NCBI GenBank assembly: GCA_000708835.1
Contig: DF237126.1
Span: 97,352 to 161,351 of the forward strand
Reading direction: 5' to 3'
Source: Klebsormidium nitens
Lineage: Eukaryota > Plantae > Klebsormidiophyceae
Length of the DNA stretch: 64,000 bases
In this document: piece after piece, positions 28,078-40,334 of the stretch
Layout of the letters: every line of letters starts with the position of its first letter
Position numbering within the stretch: position 1 is the first letter of the stretch
Notes under the pieces: model-generated
Told to the model about the DNA's origin: nothing
The model's database searches: none
The model's input: only the letters and a program-made list of their open reading frames with translations
Position numbers and translations under genes: made by a program

Positions 28078-28385
28078 ACAAAGCAGCCGAACTTTTCTTG
28101 GAAAAAAGCTGCGGACGCCAGTTTGCTACAGATCGGACCTGGAACCGCCGACAGGCAACCCGGGCCCCGTGTGACATTAGGGTTATGTTGCAAGCCTGTG
28201 ACGGTTTGTTAGGGTCGTGCCACCTTACTGTGACTGCACTACGAGTAGGGTTTATACTAACGGCTTAGGCATATTCTTAGGTTTTTAGTGTTGGTGAGGT
28301 TCCCGGTAGTCTTGAATCAGTGCCCGGTTAGTCAAATTGGACGGTGTCCGCGTCCGTTGTTCCGAGAAAAGTTCGGCTGCTTTGT
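28078..28385. repeat. Inverted-repeat element (MITE-like), about 310-340 bp
   Basis: Perfect 21-bp inverted repeat ACAAAGCAGCCGAACTTTTCT (28078-28098) / AGAAAAGTTCGGCTGCTTTGT (28365-28385), extending imperfectly on both sides. No TSD identified. Confidence 0.55.
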
Positions 28386-28609
28386 GCCTCTTGCATGATG
28401 ATCCGATCCATGATCGGATAGCCCTTACCGCCCGCTCCGACCAAGTTAAAGATTCAAGAGTGCCCTCGATCTAGTAGTCGGATTGTGCCTGGCGTAGGCG
28501 AGCCTGCATTTGTGAACCCTGGACAGGCTGAAGCGCGAGGTGGCAGGGCTGATCGCACTCAAGAACTGACCTTGCTGATTTGAGCTTCCCACTCACCACA
28601 TTGCACCTC

Positions 28610-31600
28610 ATGGCGGCCTCCTTGTCTGCCGCGGCCGGCATCTCGCCTTGCTTCTCCCCTTGCGCCAGGCAACACGCCGCGGCATCCTCAGAGAGCCTCG
28701 CTGCGTCCTCATTGCCCCTCCGGCATGCATCTTCTTGTTGCATAGCACCGTCTCTGGGGCTGCCGGCGAAGGGGAGAGGAGCTCTGGGTTCGAGATCTAA
28801 TGCGGGAAAGTTGAGACGGCCGGCGCGGGTTGTTGTAGCTCAGGCTGGGGAGACCGGGGTGACGTCAAGCACTGGGGTCACAAGCAAGGGCAAGGAGATT
28901 GTACCAGACAATGACTTCAATGTAGCCAAGGTGAGGCACAGGCGCCCCGGAAGGACTGCCGTCTGCTTGGGCATGAAAAGCATTGACTGTGGGGTAACCG
29001 GTCTCTGCGGATCGAATGCTGGAAAGGCAGACTGCTTGAGCTTGGATTAGAGCCAAGAGGGCATGTCCGGTTCCTCAATGCGCCACCCTAACAGAAAGGC
29101 GGACCTCCTCTCATGGGTTTTCTTTTATTGCAGGTGTCGTTCGGTACCGTTGGCGCATTTTTAGGTGTTGGCTTGCTAACGTAAGCCCTCAAACTACGCG
29201 TCTTGCGCGGTGCTTTTTTCCAGGCTCGCCAACTCAGATGCTGCATTGGAATGCTGATAAGCTTAGAATTCAAGCCCCATTCCCTGCCTGTGTTTCCCAT
29301 TGCCTTCGGCCCTGATGCCAGCTCCCTGCCACCCTCCGCCTAGGTGCTTTCCCATAGTGTTCTAGACGCTCCGCTGAGTTTCTCAATGCCCTTTCTGCCC
29401 CCAAGGTGGCACCTCAACCCAGCTTTGACAGCGCTTTCTCACTGAAGCTCAGCACACCCTGCCAGGTTCGGTTTCGGTTCATACTTCCAGCTAACCCCCG
29501 GGGGCGACTTCTCCGCCCTTCTCCTCACATATGGCTTCCCCCTGTTTCTCATCGGGTGCGCTCTCAAGGTTGGTCGCACTACTTCACTCCCGACAGATTG
29601 TCTCTTCATTGCTTACGCTTCCAAACGCCATCTGTTGAACAGCAACGCCTTTTGAGACCTGCTGCGGTTGTTTTGTTGTGACAGCCGCCAGTCATCAGCC
29701 CCACTCGTTTGGCGCCCGTTGTGCAGTATGCGGAGCTGAAACCAGTGCCGTTGATCAGCTACGCGGATGCGTATGCGCTGCGGTCATCGCAGGCCACCCC
29801 GATCCTGGAGCAGGTAAGGCTCCTTTCTTCTTCGTCTTTCCGCTGCCCAGAGGAATGCTGTCGAGACCTCTCTCAAGATCCTGTGCGCAGTTGATGAGTA
29901 CAACATCCCAAGTTTTGTGAAGTTACTGCCTGCCGGGGGCTAGTCTGTTTCCATTTCCTCCAGTTCTACTTTTTAGAGTCAGCTGGCCCAGAATCGTCAC
30001 TTCAGCTGCTATCCGACTTGGCCAATGTATCCCCTTGCCGACTACAAGTTGGTCCATGACAAAAAGAACATGTGTATGTGTGCTACAGGTGCGAAATGAT
30101 GTCACGCGGTATCGCTACGGAGATGAGCAGCATCTAGAGGAAGCCCTCAAGAGGATCTTCCGGTACGGCCAGGTAGGGCGCACAGAGGAGCCCCTGATTG
30201 CTTTCTTGCAATTATGAGCACTTGCAAGAGTAGATCCGTCATCCCGCCGGTTGCCTTCGGACGAAGCGCTACGTCTGCAGGGGGTAGAGTCTTCCACACT
30301 GTTCTGCCAGTCATGCATACGTCACTCGCCCGGCTCTCGAGAAGTGGGCCGTTTTTGAAACCCCTTGGGACAAAAGACCCAAGTAGCTGCAACCCGCTCA
30401 GAGCGTGCTTCCTCGTTCCAAAGCTCGATTGAAGCATTTACATTTTCAACAGTGTATGGTGATGTGCAATCATTTGAAGCAGGTCGTTTCTCCTTTTTCC
30501 TTACGCGAGCCGTGCTGTGCTGGCAGGGAGGCGGCATCTCGCGCCGGGACGCTCCCGTGCTGACCGCCATTCGGGAGGAGGTCCAGAACGGGCGCTACAC
30601 GCTCGCGCTCATCTTCGACTCGAAGCTCTCCAAGGAGCAGTGGGAAGAGAAGCAGGTGCGCCGCCCCGTATCTTCTCTTTTCTTTTTTTACCGTTCGTCT
30701 CTGCTGTTTCCAGGATTTCGCTGCTGTCTTCCTATACGAGGTCTTCTCTTAACTTTTGAATTCCTTCCGTCACGGCATCTTCTGTTGTTCAGCAAGACTC
30801 TCGCGCCGTCCTCTTCTGCGTCTCCCCTTCACGGCTACTCGTTTCCTTTCTTTTCTGCACTCGTGTTCCCAAAAGTCCCCGTCCAAGGTGCGTCGTAGGC
30901 TGGTCGGCCCAATGTTGGCGTTTCGAGAAGTTTGGCGAGTGGATCCTGTTCGATTCACAATCGCGCTTCGTGATAGGGTGACAAGCAGTTTTCACGTGGC
31001 TAACGACGTCATCCGGGACGCTTCTTTTTGTGATGTGACCACGTATTCGGGTACGGGAGTCGGTTGCACGTAACCAATCGAAAGGGGCACGCATCAGCAC
31101 AATCAGACAGATGCCGCCTTGCTAAGAAGCGAAGGCATGTACACTCAATTGCATTCCGAGCAGTGATGTTATTCTCAGGAGTATACCAAAGCTAACTGTC
31201 CCCTCGTCGTTCACAGACAGTCAATCCAGCGTCGACACTTCCAGACGTTTCTTGTTGGAAGGCTGTGGTTCTCACAAGTGCGGCCTTCGGTCCCGCTGCC
31301 ACGCAGTAGACCTCCTGTGTTTCTAATAATTCTAATAATTCTAATAATTCTAATAAATCTAATAAATCTAATAATTCTAATAATTCTAATGATTCTAATA
31401 ATTCTAACAATGCTGATGATTCGCGCTGCGGCTGGTTTGCAGGCGAAGTTCACGTCCTTCTTTGGCCCCGGGGTCACAGCAGATATTCGTGAGCCTCTTC
31501 TTTCACAGTCTATATATGTCCCCATTTTGTTGCGCCAGACGCTTCGCGCCATCTTCTGCACTTCCCGCGAACTGATCCGTCTCGATAGGGGCACTTTAAA

Positions 31601-32005
31601 GCCATTCACTGGTTGTGGAAGCAAAAGCAAAGTTTGCGGTCCTTCATTCTACGCTTCTGGCAGCAAGCAGAGAGTCGCATCGAGTTGGTTGGAAAGCCGC
31701 GGGAAAGACGCAACATTCCTTTCATGCACTGCCTGTCCGCAGCTTCTGCATTTACAGGTTCAGACCATGTGAGTCCGGAGCATCGATGAAGGGAAATTGT
31801 GGTCTGAAAGTGCATGCCGGCGTGAGTATTCGAAGCGTGGGGTGGGTTAAGTACCGGAAAGCAACACTTCGTGTTTGCTAAGATCTTTGACTCCCTCCAA
31901 ACGTTCCTGCAAATACCTGTTCAATCAGCTTTGTGACTTTGTGCAGTTGAGGCCGGGAACAACGTTTTCGAAGTCAAGCTGGTTGCGGACGGAGGTCCCA
32001 AGTAG
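28610..32005 (+). CDS. APE1: ACCLIMATION OF PHOTOSYNTHESIS TO ENVIRONMENT 1 (DUF2854 thylakoid protein)
   Basis: Transit peptide, then VSFGTVG, TYGFPLFLIGCALK|YAELKPVP, ATPILEQ|VRNDVTRYRYGDEQHLEEALKRIFRYGQ|GGGISRR, KQ|AKFTSFFGPGVTADI and last exon EAGNNVFEVKLVADGGPK*. Confidence 0.95.
31321..31410 (+). repeat. AT-rich 9-bp tandem repeat (TTCTAATAA) x10 in an APE1 intron
   Basis: Read directly. 90 bp with a few variant units, ending 32 nt before the acceptor (exon starts at 31443). Confidence 0.95.
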
Positions 32006-33143
32006 GTCAACAGTCCAGCTTTACGTTGTCGTGGGGAGAAGACCGCAATTTTTGAAAATTCTTGGAACATTTTCCAGGTCGACAGGTTCGTTTTGTGGGG
32101 CCTGAGTACAAGCCCAAATTCCCTCTTCATGGCGCTGTTCCTCTTGCACGTTTGGCAGCAATGCTCCACGTCTGCCTGTTGAAAGCCCCCAAACATGCTG
32201 TGATCGAGCCCTCATGTCTCCTCCAAAGGATCAAAAAGTGGCTGTATTGGAGCGGGTCGAGAGGCCCCGTGGGCCTCTGGCTGTGTGTCAGAAAGGATCG
32301 CGGGCCCGCCTCAAAGAATCACCGTCACGATTGGGGGGATTTCTTCAAGTCGCTCAATTTTTCTCATTCAGTCAGCCTTTGCACGGTGGGATTACTGGGT
32401 CCACGCTCACTCGGCAAATTACCACACACCATCGTCGTTATGAGGAACCTGCATGTACGTATTACCAGTGTTTCAAGTGTCAAGGTCTATGTACAATTCC
32501 GGATATATTATCATTTAACGGTCATCCGCCGCGATTGCGGACTTACCATCCGGCGCCGCGCAACGGATCATGGCCGGCCATGTGAATGCATATGTCGTTC
32601 TACTTACTAACTTGAACTATAGCTAGCACTGAAGCCTGTCATCCATGGCATGCGCTGGCATCATTGGCACGCGTTGGCATGCTAGCTTCATATATGAGTC
32701 CGCGGGATATGCCGTGCATATATGCGGGCCGTGCATACTACATTCTATGAGACCGCACACATGAGGGTCGACCACGGCAATAGCTTTTGATCATGGGCCC
32801 GCGGATCTGCCAGCCCATGTGATCTCCTCTTGCGGATCATTCCCGATGCGACAATAAGCGCCCTCGCATGTCATGGCCGTCCGATCGTTGATTTTGCTAG
32901 CCAGCCGCGTGCTTATAGCTGACACTGGCTTCAATTGTTTCATTTGAGCCCAATGCCATCAGCAATTTTGAAAGCAGCATATGCATGAACCGGTAGCTTT
33001 AACCAGCCTCGATCGAACCGCGCACATGCAGTCCCCAGCTATATCGAGAACGGTTCGACCTAGACAATGTCTGCAAACAGTTGTAGTAATAAGGTTGCTG
33101 TCATTATTATGTGTGTTCAAGTGCCTGTCAAGTACCAAATTCT

Positions 33144-36100
33144 TTAGTCCTCGCTGATTGTAACAAACGTGTCTTTAAAAGACCACTTACGGGGTTTGTC
33201 TTTGTCAGGTGGATTAAGCATTGCCTTGTCCGCGCTGGCTAGCTTGTAGCCAAACATGATCTCGTTCAGTTGTCGGGCACGAGCCATCAACTGATAAAAT
33301 GTCAACTCTTCTCCATCTTCGCGTAAATAGAAGAAAGATGGTCGAATATATAACTCGTTGCCCTGCAAAAGGAGAACGAGATGTCAGATAACACAACTTC
33401 CCGATAGCGATGGTTATGGTCGTCCGATTGCAAAAATTGCGATGTCATTCCAACAGATCCATCTTGTTTTCTTTCCTCTCCATTGACACGTTGCCATACT
33501 ACCCGTTCAATTTTCCAACCTGAACATCATTAAGGAAACGGAGCGAAAGCAAAAACACCCGTCGAGCATCAAGGGACTCTAGACACGTCCCGCGGATTGC
33601 ATCGAAGGAGCACTAACCAACCGACCATCAATGATGCACTTTTAGCTCACCTCTTCGTCGAACAGCTCGTCGAGCACCCGGTTGATCTGCTGGTCCTCGG
33701 ACACCATCGCGAGCGCCATGCTGACCAGCTCGTTACTCAGCACGTAATCACTGATCTGCGCCACCGACACCAGGTCTTTGGTCCGCGAGTCCAGAATTTC
33801 GCTGATCACAATCGACCGCGCCGACGCCTGCTGAATCTTCCCGATCCACGAGTCCTGGTCGGAGTGGCCCTCCTCCCGTTTGCTCAGTTTGCTGCTGCGC
33901 TTCTTTGGCTCTACAGCCTTGACGAATGATTCGGGGTATAGGGGAGAGAGGGGCTGAGCGGAGTCTGCAGAGCTTGCGGAGTCGGCGCTGAGCTCGAGCG
34001 GAGCGATCGGAGAAGGGACGGCGATGGAGGAGCTAGAGGAGGATCCAGAGCGCGCGCGGAGGAGCGCCTTCTCGGCGATCTGCCGGCGCTGCTTGTGCTG
34101 GTCGGCCTTGAAGCGGGCGAGGTCCTTGGGGAGCCGCCGAGACTGCGGAAAACGAAAGCTGAGACTTGAAAAAGTCGCAGTAGAAAACCAACACAACCTT
34201 TCAATTGGATCATGGCACGAACAGCAGCAGAAGGGGGTCATCGCCAGCCAGCAGAAGCCCAAGCTCGGAGCTTGTCGAACGAGATGCTCGGCTCTCTGAC
34301 AGCTTCGAAAAGCCGATCTTTGACCAGAAACGACTGCTAAGTACCTGGATGTCGCGAATCAGGAGCAGCGTTGCGAGAGAGCGGCTGTCCGCCGCAGTCA
34401 CCGAGTCCTCCAGATCCTCGTCCGCAAGAATGAGCACCTGCAGAGGTAAGGGGAAACGTTGAGCAAACGAAACGTTGAGCAAACGATGTCTCGGGACCAA
34501 CGAGGACGAGAGGAAACTTCACGGCCTTCCCAGCTACAAGGAACTGCAGTGGGAGTGCTACCGAGCACACGAGTGGGCTAGCAGGACAATCGCTTTACCA
34601 TGCGCAACTCCTACGGACGTCCAAGCCGGGACTCCCAATGTCCAAGCAGGCACTACCACTCTCCAGGTCCTTTCAATTCCAGAACGCTATGCGTAGGACC
34701 GATGCTCTGGCAATACAAAGAAGACGTTCTGTGGCACTCCACCAACGCGCTGCTTTATCTGACTACTCATCCTTGGCTTTTCCTCACCAGAGCCGCAGGT
34801 TTGCCACGCCTTCGACCGAACCCTCGTCTTTTCTCAGAACCTTTCTTTGCTTCCCTCAGATCCAAAGAACTCCAGCTCGTCCGCCACTCACCGAGTCGAA
34901 GTCCTCCATGGGCAGCGTCTCCAGGTGGCGCCGGTTGACGGGGTTCCCCTTCTGGTGCACCAGCGTCACGTTCTTGAGCGTGGCCGGGTCGAGGCCGCCC
35001 TCTTTCAGCCGCTCCTCGCGGTCCTCGACCGGCACCTCGCTGAACAGCCACAGCTCGCTGCCGATCGGCAAGAACGACTCGAGCACCTGGATCATGTCGT
35101 CCATGTCGCGGCGCCACCCGCAGAACAGAATGCGCTCCGGCAGCTTCTCCGGGAGCGAGCGCGAGAGGACCTTGCCAGCGCTGACCTGCAGCAAATGGGG
35201 CGTGAGCGTGCGACAGGTCAGGTTCGCAGCTCAAGTGTTTGAAGCAGTCTCCGCACTTCGTCGTGTTCTCTTCGCTGGCGTGACGTTTGAACGCGGTGCT
35301 CGGCGGAGCTCTTTGCGAGGCGTCGGGTCGATGTAGATTGGCCTGATTGGGGCAGGCCCTACCATCTCGGCGAATTCCGCGTGCAAAGTTCTGTCCTTAA
35401 TGATCGCAATCAGCGGGCACACTTGAATTGCACCCAAGCAGAAGAACGACAGTGATTCCTATAGTAACTACTCCCCAGCGACGGGTTTCTTCCACCTTAT
35501 ATTATGTATACCGGCAAACACTTGCCAGATCCCACCTATTCGAGAAGTACCTAAAGTAAGAGAGACATTTTGACCGACAGGAACGTGACGAAGGAAGCCC
35601 TGCAAAAGACTCGCCTTGTTGGGCGGCCCGGGCTCGTAGGTGTCGTCATCCTCCGCGATCACAAGCAGCTCGTCCCCCGCTTGCAACACGTAGCTATCCG
35701 GCGGGTTGATATTGACCTTGCCGCCTTCTGCTGCCACTCTGATCCCGCACGGCACCGCGTCCGCGAATCGCAGCAGCACCTCCCCGAACGTGCAGCCGGT
35801 CAGCTCCGGCCAGTGCTTGAAGTAGAACTCGCACCCGTCGAACCCGAGCAGGTCCTCCCATACCTGCGGGAATCAGCGGATCAAGGAAAGAACCGTAGAA
35901 ACGCCCCGTTCCTGATCATCCGCATACATTACAAGCGCCTTCAAGGTCCCCACCTCACAAGACCCGTTCCTACCAGTCAACTTCAGTCTGCCAGAATCCA
36001 GCTTCAAAGCTGTTCTCCTCTTCCTTCGCCCTTACTTGACAGCCCCTGGACCCTGACCAGCAAGTACCATGACTTGTGTGCCCAACATCGCTCTCCTCTT

Positions 36101-39100
36101 CGAACAGGTAGCCACCTTTCCTGAAGCTAGAGTAGAGGCGGGAAAATTGTTGGAAGAACCAGTTCCCATTCAATGAACCGTCGCCTCACCTGCGCAAGTC
36201 CCGGTTGCCTGGCGCACTGGATCATGAGCCGGCCGATCACATCGTGGGCGACCACCGTTTCGACACCGATGCCAGACCCGACCAGTTTCACTAGCTGCTC
36301 GTTATCGATGTCCCCCATCTCCACGACCACGTGGCCCCTGAGGCCCCCCGGCACTCCCGAAAGGCTCAGAACGATCCGCAGCGCCTTCGCATCGCTCTGC
36401 AAACGGCGGACTCAGAGAGCTAAATTGGTGCCTTTGGAACTTTCCGCAAAAGCGCAGGACTAGAAAAAACCTAGCCTATGAAAAAGTCAGAAAGGAAGCA
36501 TGCTGATTCCATCACAGACAGAGACAAAACTCTGGGCGCAGAGACACAATCTGGAGAAAGCTCGCTCCTGCTCCTTCACATGACCAGGGCATCTCGCCGA
36601 GAGCTTGCGCGCGTTGTTTTCCGTTTGGAGTCCAACAACTCACCACATCCGCCACGCCTTCATCCAAGAGCACAATGACGGACCGAGCACTCCCAACGGA
36701 CACCTGCAGGAAACAATCTCCCGCAGTTACATTTGAGAGTCCTGGAGCAGCCCCAGTTCATGCCAATAGAGACCCCCTCACATGATTTCAAGAGCTTCTT
36801 AGGGCACCTGCACAGACTTGACAGCGTCCTTCACAACTCAAACAGCACAACGATGACGTTCAGGGTTTGAGTCGTTGAAGCAGAAGGCTACAAGAAAGCA
36901 GCCACCAGAAAGCGAAGCGAAAGTGCATGTTCGATTGGAAAGAAAGATGAGATGATTTGAGCGGCCTGGTAGTGCACAAAATACAGTAGTCTAATGGCAG
37001 CCGAAGGTGCTGCACGGTAGCTTCTCACCTTCTTCAGATCGGCCATGACAAGCGGGCTGCCACTGCGGCAGATGACGATGGTGCCCCGCATGTCCGACTC
37101 GAATCGTGCGATGTCGAGCTCCATCTCTTCCTTATCCTTCTCGGCCAGAATGACAACGACGCCCCCCTTTTGACTCTCGTTTGCCAGCGCAAGCTGCTTT
37201 AACAGTGAACCCTGGCAGGAGAGTAGGTTTGTAAGTGCTTTTGGTCGCATCAAGCAAAAGGCTGGGGGCTGAGTTACCGCTTGGGGGCCACCGAATCCAG
37301 GTCTATCGTACTTTATTCGATTACTCGAGAGTACCTACGCACATGGAAACTAACGATCTTGGGAGAGCTACGTGGCTGAACTTTATGTTTGCGTCGGGAA
37401 TCTCCTCTTCCTGATCAGGGTCAAACCTCATGACCAAGGGGATACTACCAACCAGTGATAGCTTTGAAGCGACTGCTCAAGAGAGCGTTGATCTTACTGC
37501 CTCCTACATTTCCGAATGCCCAGCTTCTCACCAGTTTCTCGCTCCAGCCGAGAATGAGCGTGTGGTTGCTCTCGATCACAGAGCTCCGACCCTTCTTCAA
37601 GCTGTCCACCTTCTCGGATATGGCATCGCTGACCTGAAATACGGGCGCATGATGAGGCAGCACCATGTTGACATGCTGAAGGCAAGCAGAGTCTCATCTC
37701 TTCAAAGCATGACTTCTGTGCAGGCAGAGTCGTATTGCTCCAACAACACATGCAATCGAAGGTGCATCAAGAACGGGTGTCGGAAGATGATGCTCTGGTT
37801 GGAAACCAGCCAGCCTGCTTTCTGCCCTTCATTCGTTAGCAGGAGCCGACATCTTACCAGTCCAAGCATGAGTGCGAAGATGAGCATCCCGCCAAAACTG
37901 ATGAGAAGGCTCACAAGCCGGTCCCCAAAGCCCTCTCTCTCCACATGATTTCCTGCGGAGAGGCAGCATGTTGTGACCGTGCAACTCAAGGACTCCCAGA
38001 TATTTCCGAGATGAGGTCTTTGGCGCGCCAATTACCAAGCACTCTGTATCTGGTGCTTGTCATAGATTTCCAGAAACATCGGCATTTTGAGCTCTAAGTC
38101 GCACGCGTGAGATGGGCGACCCTAGCAGTGAACACTTTCCGCAGCGCACAGTAAAGCAATTGATCAGCAGATGCATGAAAGAATCGGTTACCTGCATCCG
38201 CTAAGTAGCTCCAAGCATTCCATGCTTCAGCATGGAATGGCGCTTCGCTCACAGAGTAGAGGGCCAAGCCGCCAACCCCGATAAGGAAAAGGGTCAGAAA
38301 GAGCAGACCTAGGGGCTTCACCGAGGGATAAGCGGACATCCAGTAATCCACCCTGTGAGCACAGGCAGAATGTAAAGTGAGCATCTATGCAAGTATCAGA
38401 GTAAGAGCTTGTCCAGCGAGAAAGTCAGAGGCAAAGGAGTCGATAACAACATGCATCAGAATTTGCAATTGTTGCAAGTCACAACATGAATACCAAGCTG
38501 GCAACCTCAGCTACAGAAACAACTAAGACAGGACCGCTAGCTCGAGACAGATGTGAGCAGCTGATCCGCTCAGACAGCATAAATGCAGAGCCACTTACTT
38601 GTACTCAAATCTTCTGCTGAAGGATTCGACTCTGCCGTCGCCACCTTTATCCCCTCCCAGAACACGTGCAACTGAATCCACGTAGTGTACCAGTACAAAA
38701 GGGCTTAGTGCCAGGAGCAAGGCGGCGAGAAGGGCTATTCTCTTCCAAAACACAACTGGGGTGGACTCTCGGTCATCGTCTCCGCCACCGACAGAATCTT
38801 CGCTGTCAGCTGAGTCCCAAAAATCCGCGATCTTTTCCATTCCTTGTACGGCTAGAGATGACAACTTGGTCTCCAGCGACCGCACAGCTTGTTTAAGCCC
38901 GGCAAGGGATTCCTGTGGGAAGAACAGATGACAATTTTCTTCACCGTGCTGGTTGAGCTCACAGTCAACATCCAAAATCAAAATGCCTCAAACACGTTGA
39001 AAATCCTCAGCACACCCTGGAATTGCTCGCAGCATATTGCTAGCATTAAGTGCGCCTTGAATTCGTTGTTTGCACTCTTCTATACCGTCTACGCTACATG

Positions 39101-40334
39101 ACCAGTGCTGAAAATGTGGTGCATCTCCTTGGCTGTCAGAGGCACTTCAACCACTGTCAAGTGGATGATGTCAAGCCCTACAGCTTTCCATACTTGTGCA
39201 AAAATCTCTACGAGCTCTGGATCCTTAGGTTCCGTGCACAATCTTGTGACGTGAGAAACTAGTCGATGTCCGGCATTGACTGCTCATCCATTAGGCCAGT
39301 TTTTGTCTTGACCTTAATACTTTATGACTGGATTGTGTGAGGGGCTTACCACGACGGTATGATCCTCGGTGGTGGAGGCGGGTACCCTTCCAAGTCGACC
39401 AAGGATAAGAGCGCCACTCTGCAAGAATATGATTACCTGATTGAATTGATAAAGAACTGAAAGGGTTTCTTGTTGTAAATTGAGATCTACTGATGAGGAC
39501 TACTATGAGTCACACCGTGCAGCAGACGGAAATGCAGTCGTACTCAACGACAGTATGTCAACAACAAATTGAAATAAAGACTAAGGTCAACAACTGGGGC
39601 ATTGCGGAGGACCGACGCCAGGCAGGAACTTGAAATTGTTGCCTAATCACTAAAAAAGTGCAAGGAGTCATTTGAAATACATGGGCAAGACGAGGTTCTG
39701 GTGGCAGAGACTAACATTCCCTACCCTATCAAATCAAGGGCTTCCCCTTTGGACTTGAGTTGCAATTGATAAATGGACAAGCACTTCCTTCAGGGCTCTA
39801 TGACCTGGAGCATCAGAACTTACCAGGACAATGAGAGCAATCAGCAAACCCTTTCTCCATCCATTCCCCTGGGTACCAATGGGCGCCTTCAGCGCAGCTT
39901 GACACACATCAGTGCCAAGCTTTGTGTTCCGACTGGTCTCTGAATCAACATCCTCTGCCTTGGCCTCTGAAGAGCCAGCCTTACTCTTCTGCATTTTATA
40001 AAGTGATTGAGAACCAGGCAGCGGCCCAGATTGTTACGATAGTCTCCAAGAAAAGACAGCAACGAGCTGTGTTTGCAAAACTTGTCTTCAGACATTCACT
40101 GCTCGATAATAGTGAGACCTCCAAAGAAGTCCATCTATAGCTCTGCTGGCGCGATTTCTTTGAGAACAGGGACCCTGTCTAACGTGACGTGTGGCAACCT
40201 GCTCTACCCAGATTCTTGATTGCATGAGCGGTGAGCACAGCAACTAATATGCAAAGACTTTCCCTTTGCATTGGCTTTCTTCCAATTGGGTTAACATAGC
40301 TCGGGCACGGGATTCAGGGACCTACCTTTCCCAT
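33144..40334 (-). CDS. DMI1: DMI1/CASTOR/POLLUX-family nuclear-envelope cation channel; multi-exon
   Basis: DYWMSAYP..KPLGLLFLTLFLI, filter WSYLADAG|NHV, VSDAISEKVDSLKKGRSSVIESNHTLILGW, CRSGSPLVMADLKK|VS, VETVVAHDVIGRLMIQCARQPGLAQ, ERILFCGWRRDMDDMI, SEILDSRTKDLVSV.QISDYVLSNELVSMALAMV, stop at 33144. The start (MGK micro-exon 40334-40326) is tentative; alternative ATG at 39994. Confidence 0.95.

Noticed and set aside
31192-31772. ORFs with IILIIL / IIRIIR / LLELLE runs
   Set aside because: Translation artefacts of the 9-bp intronic repeat.
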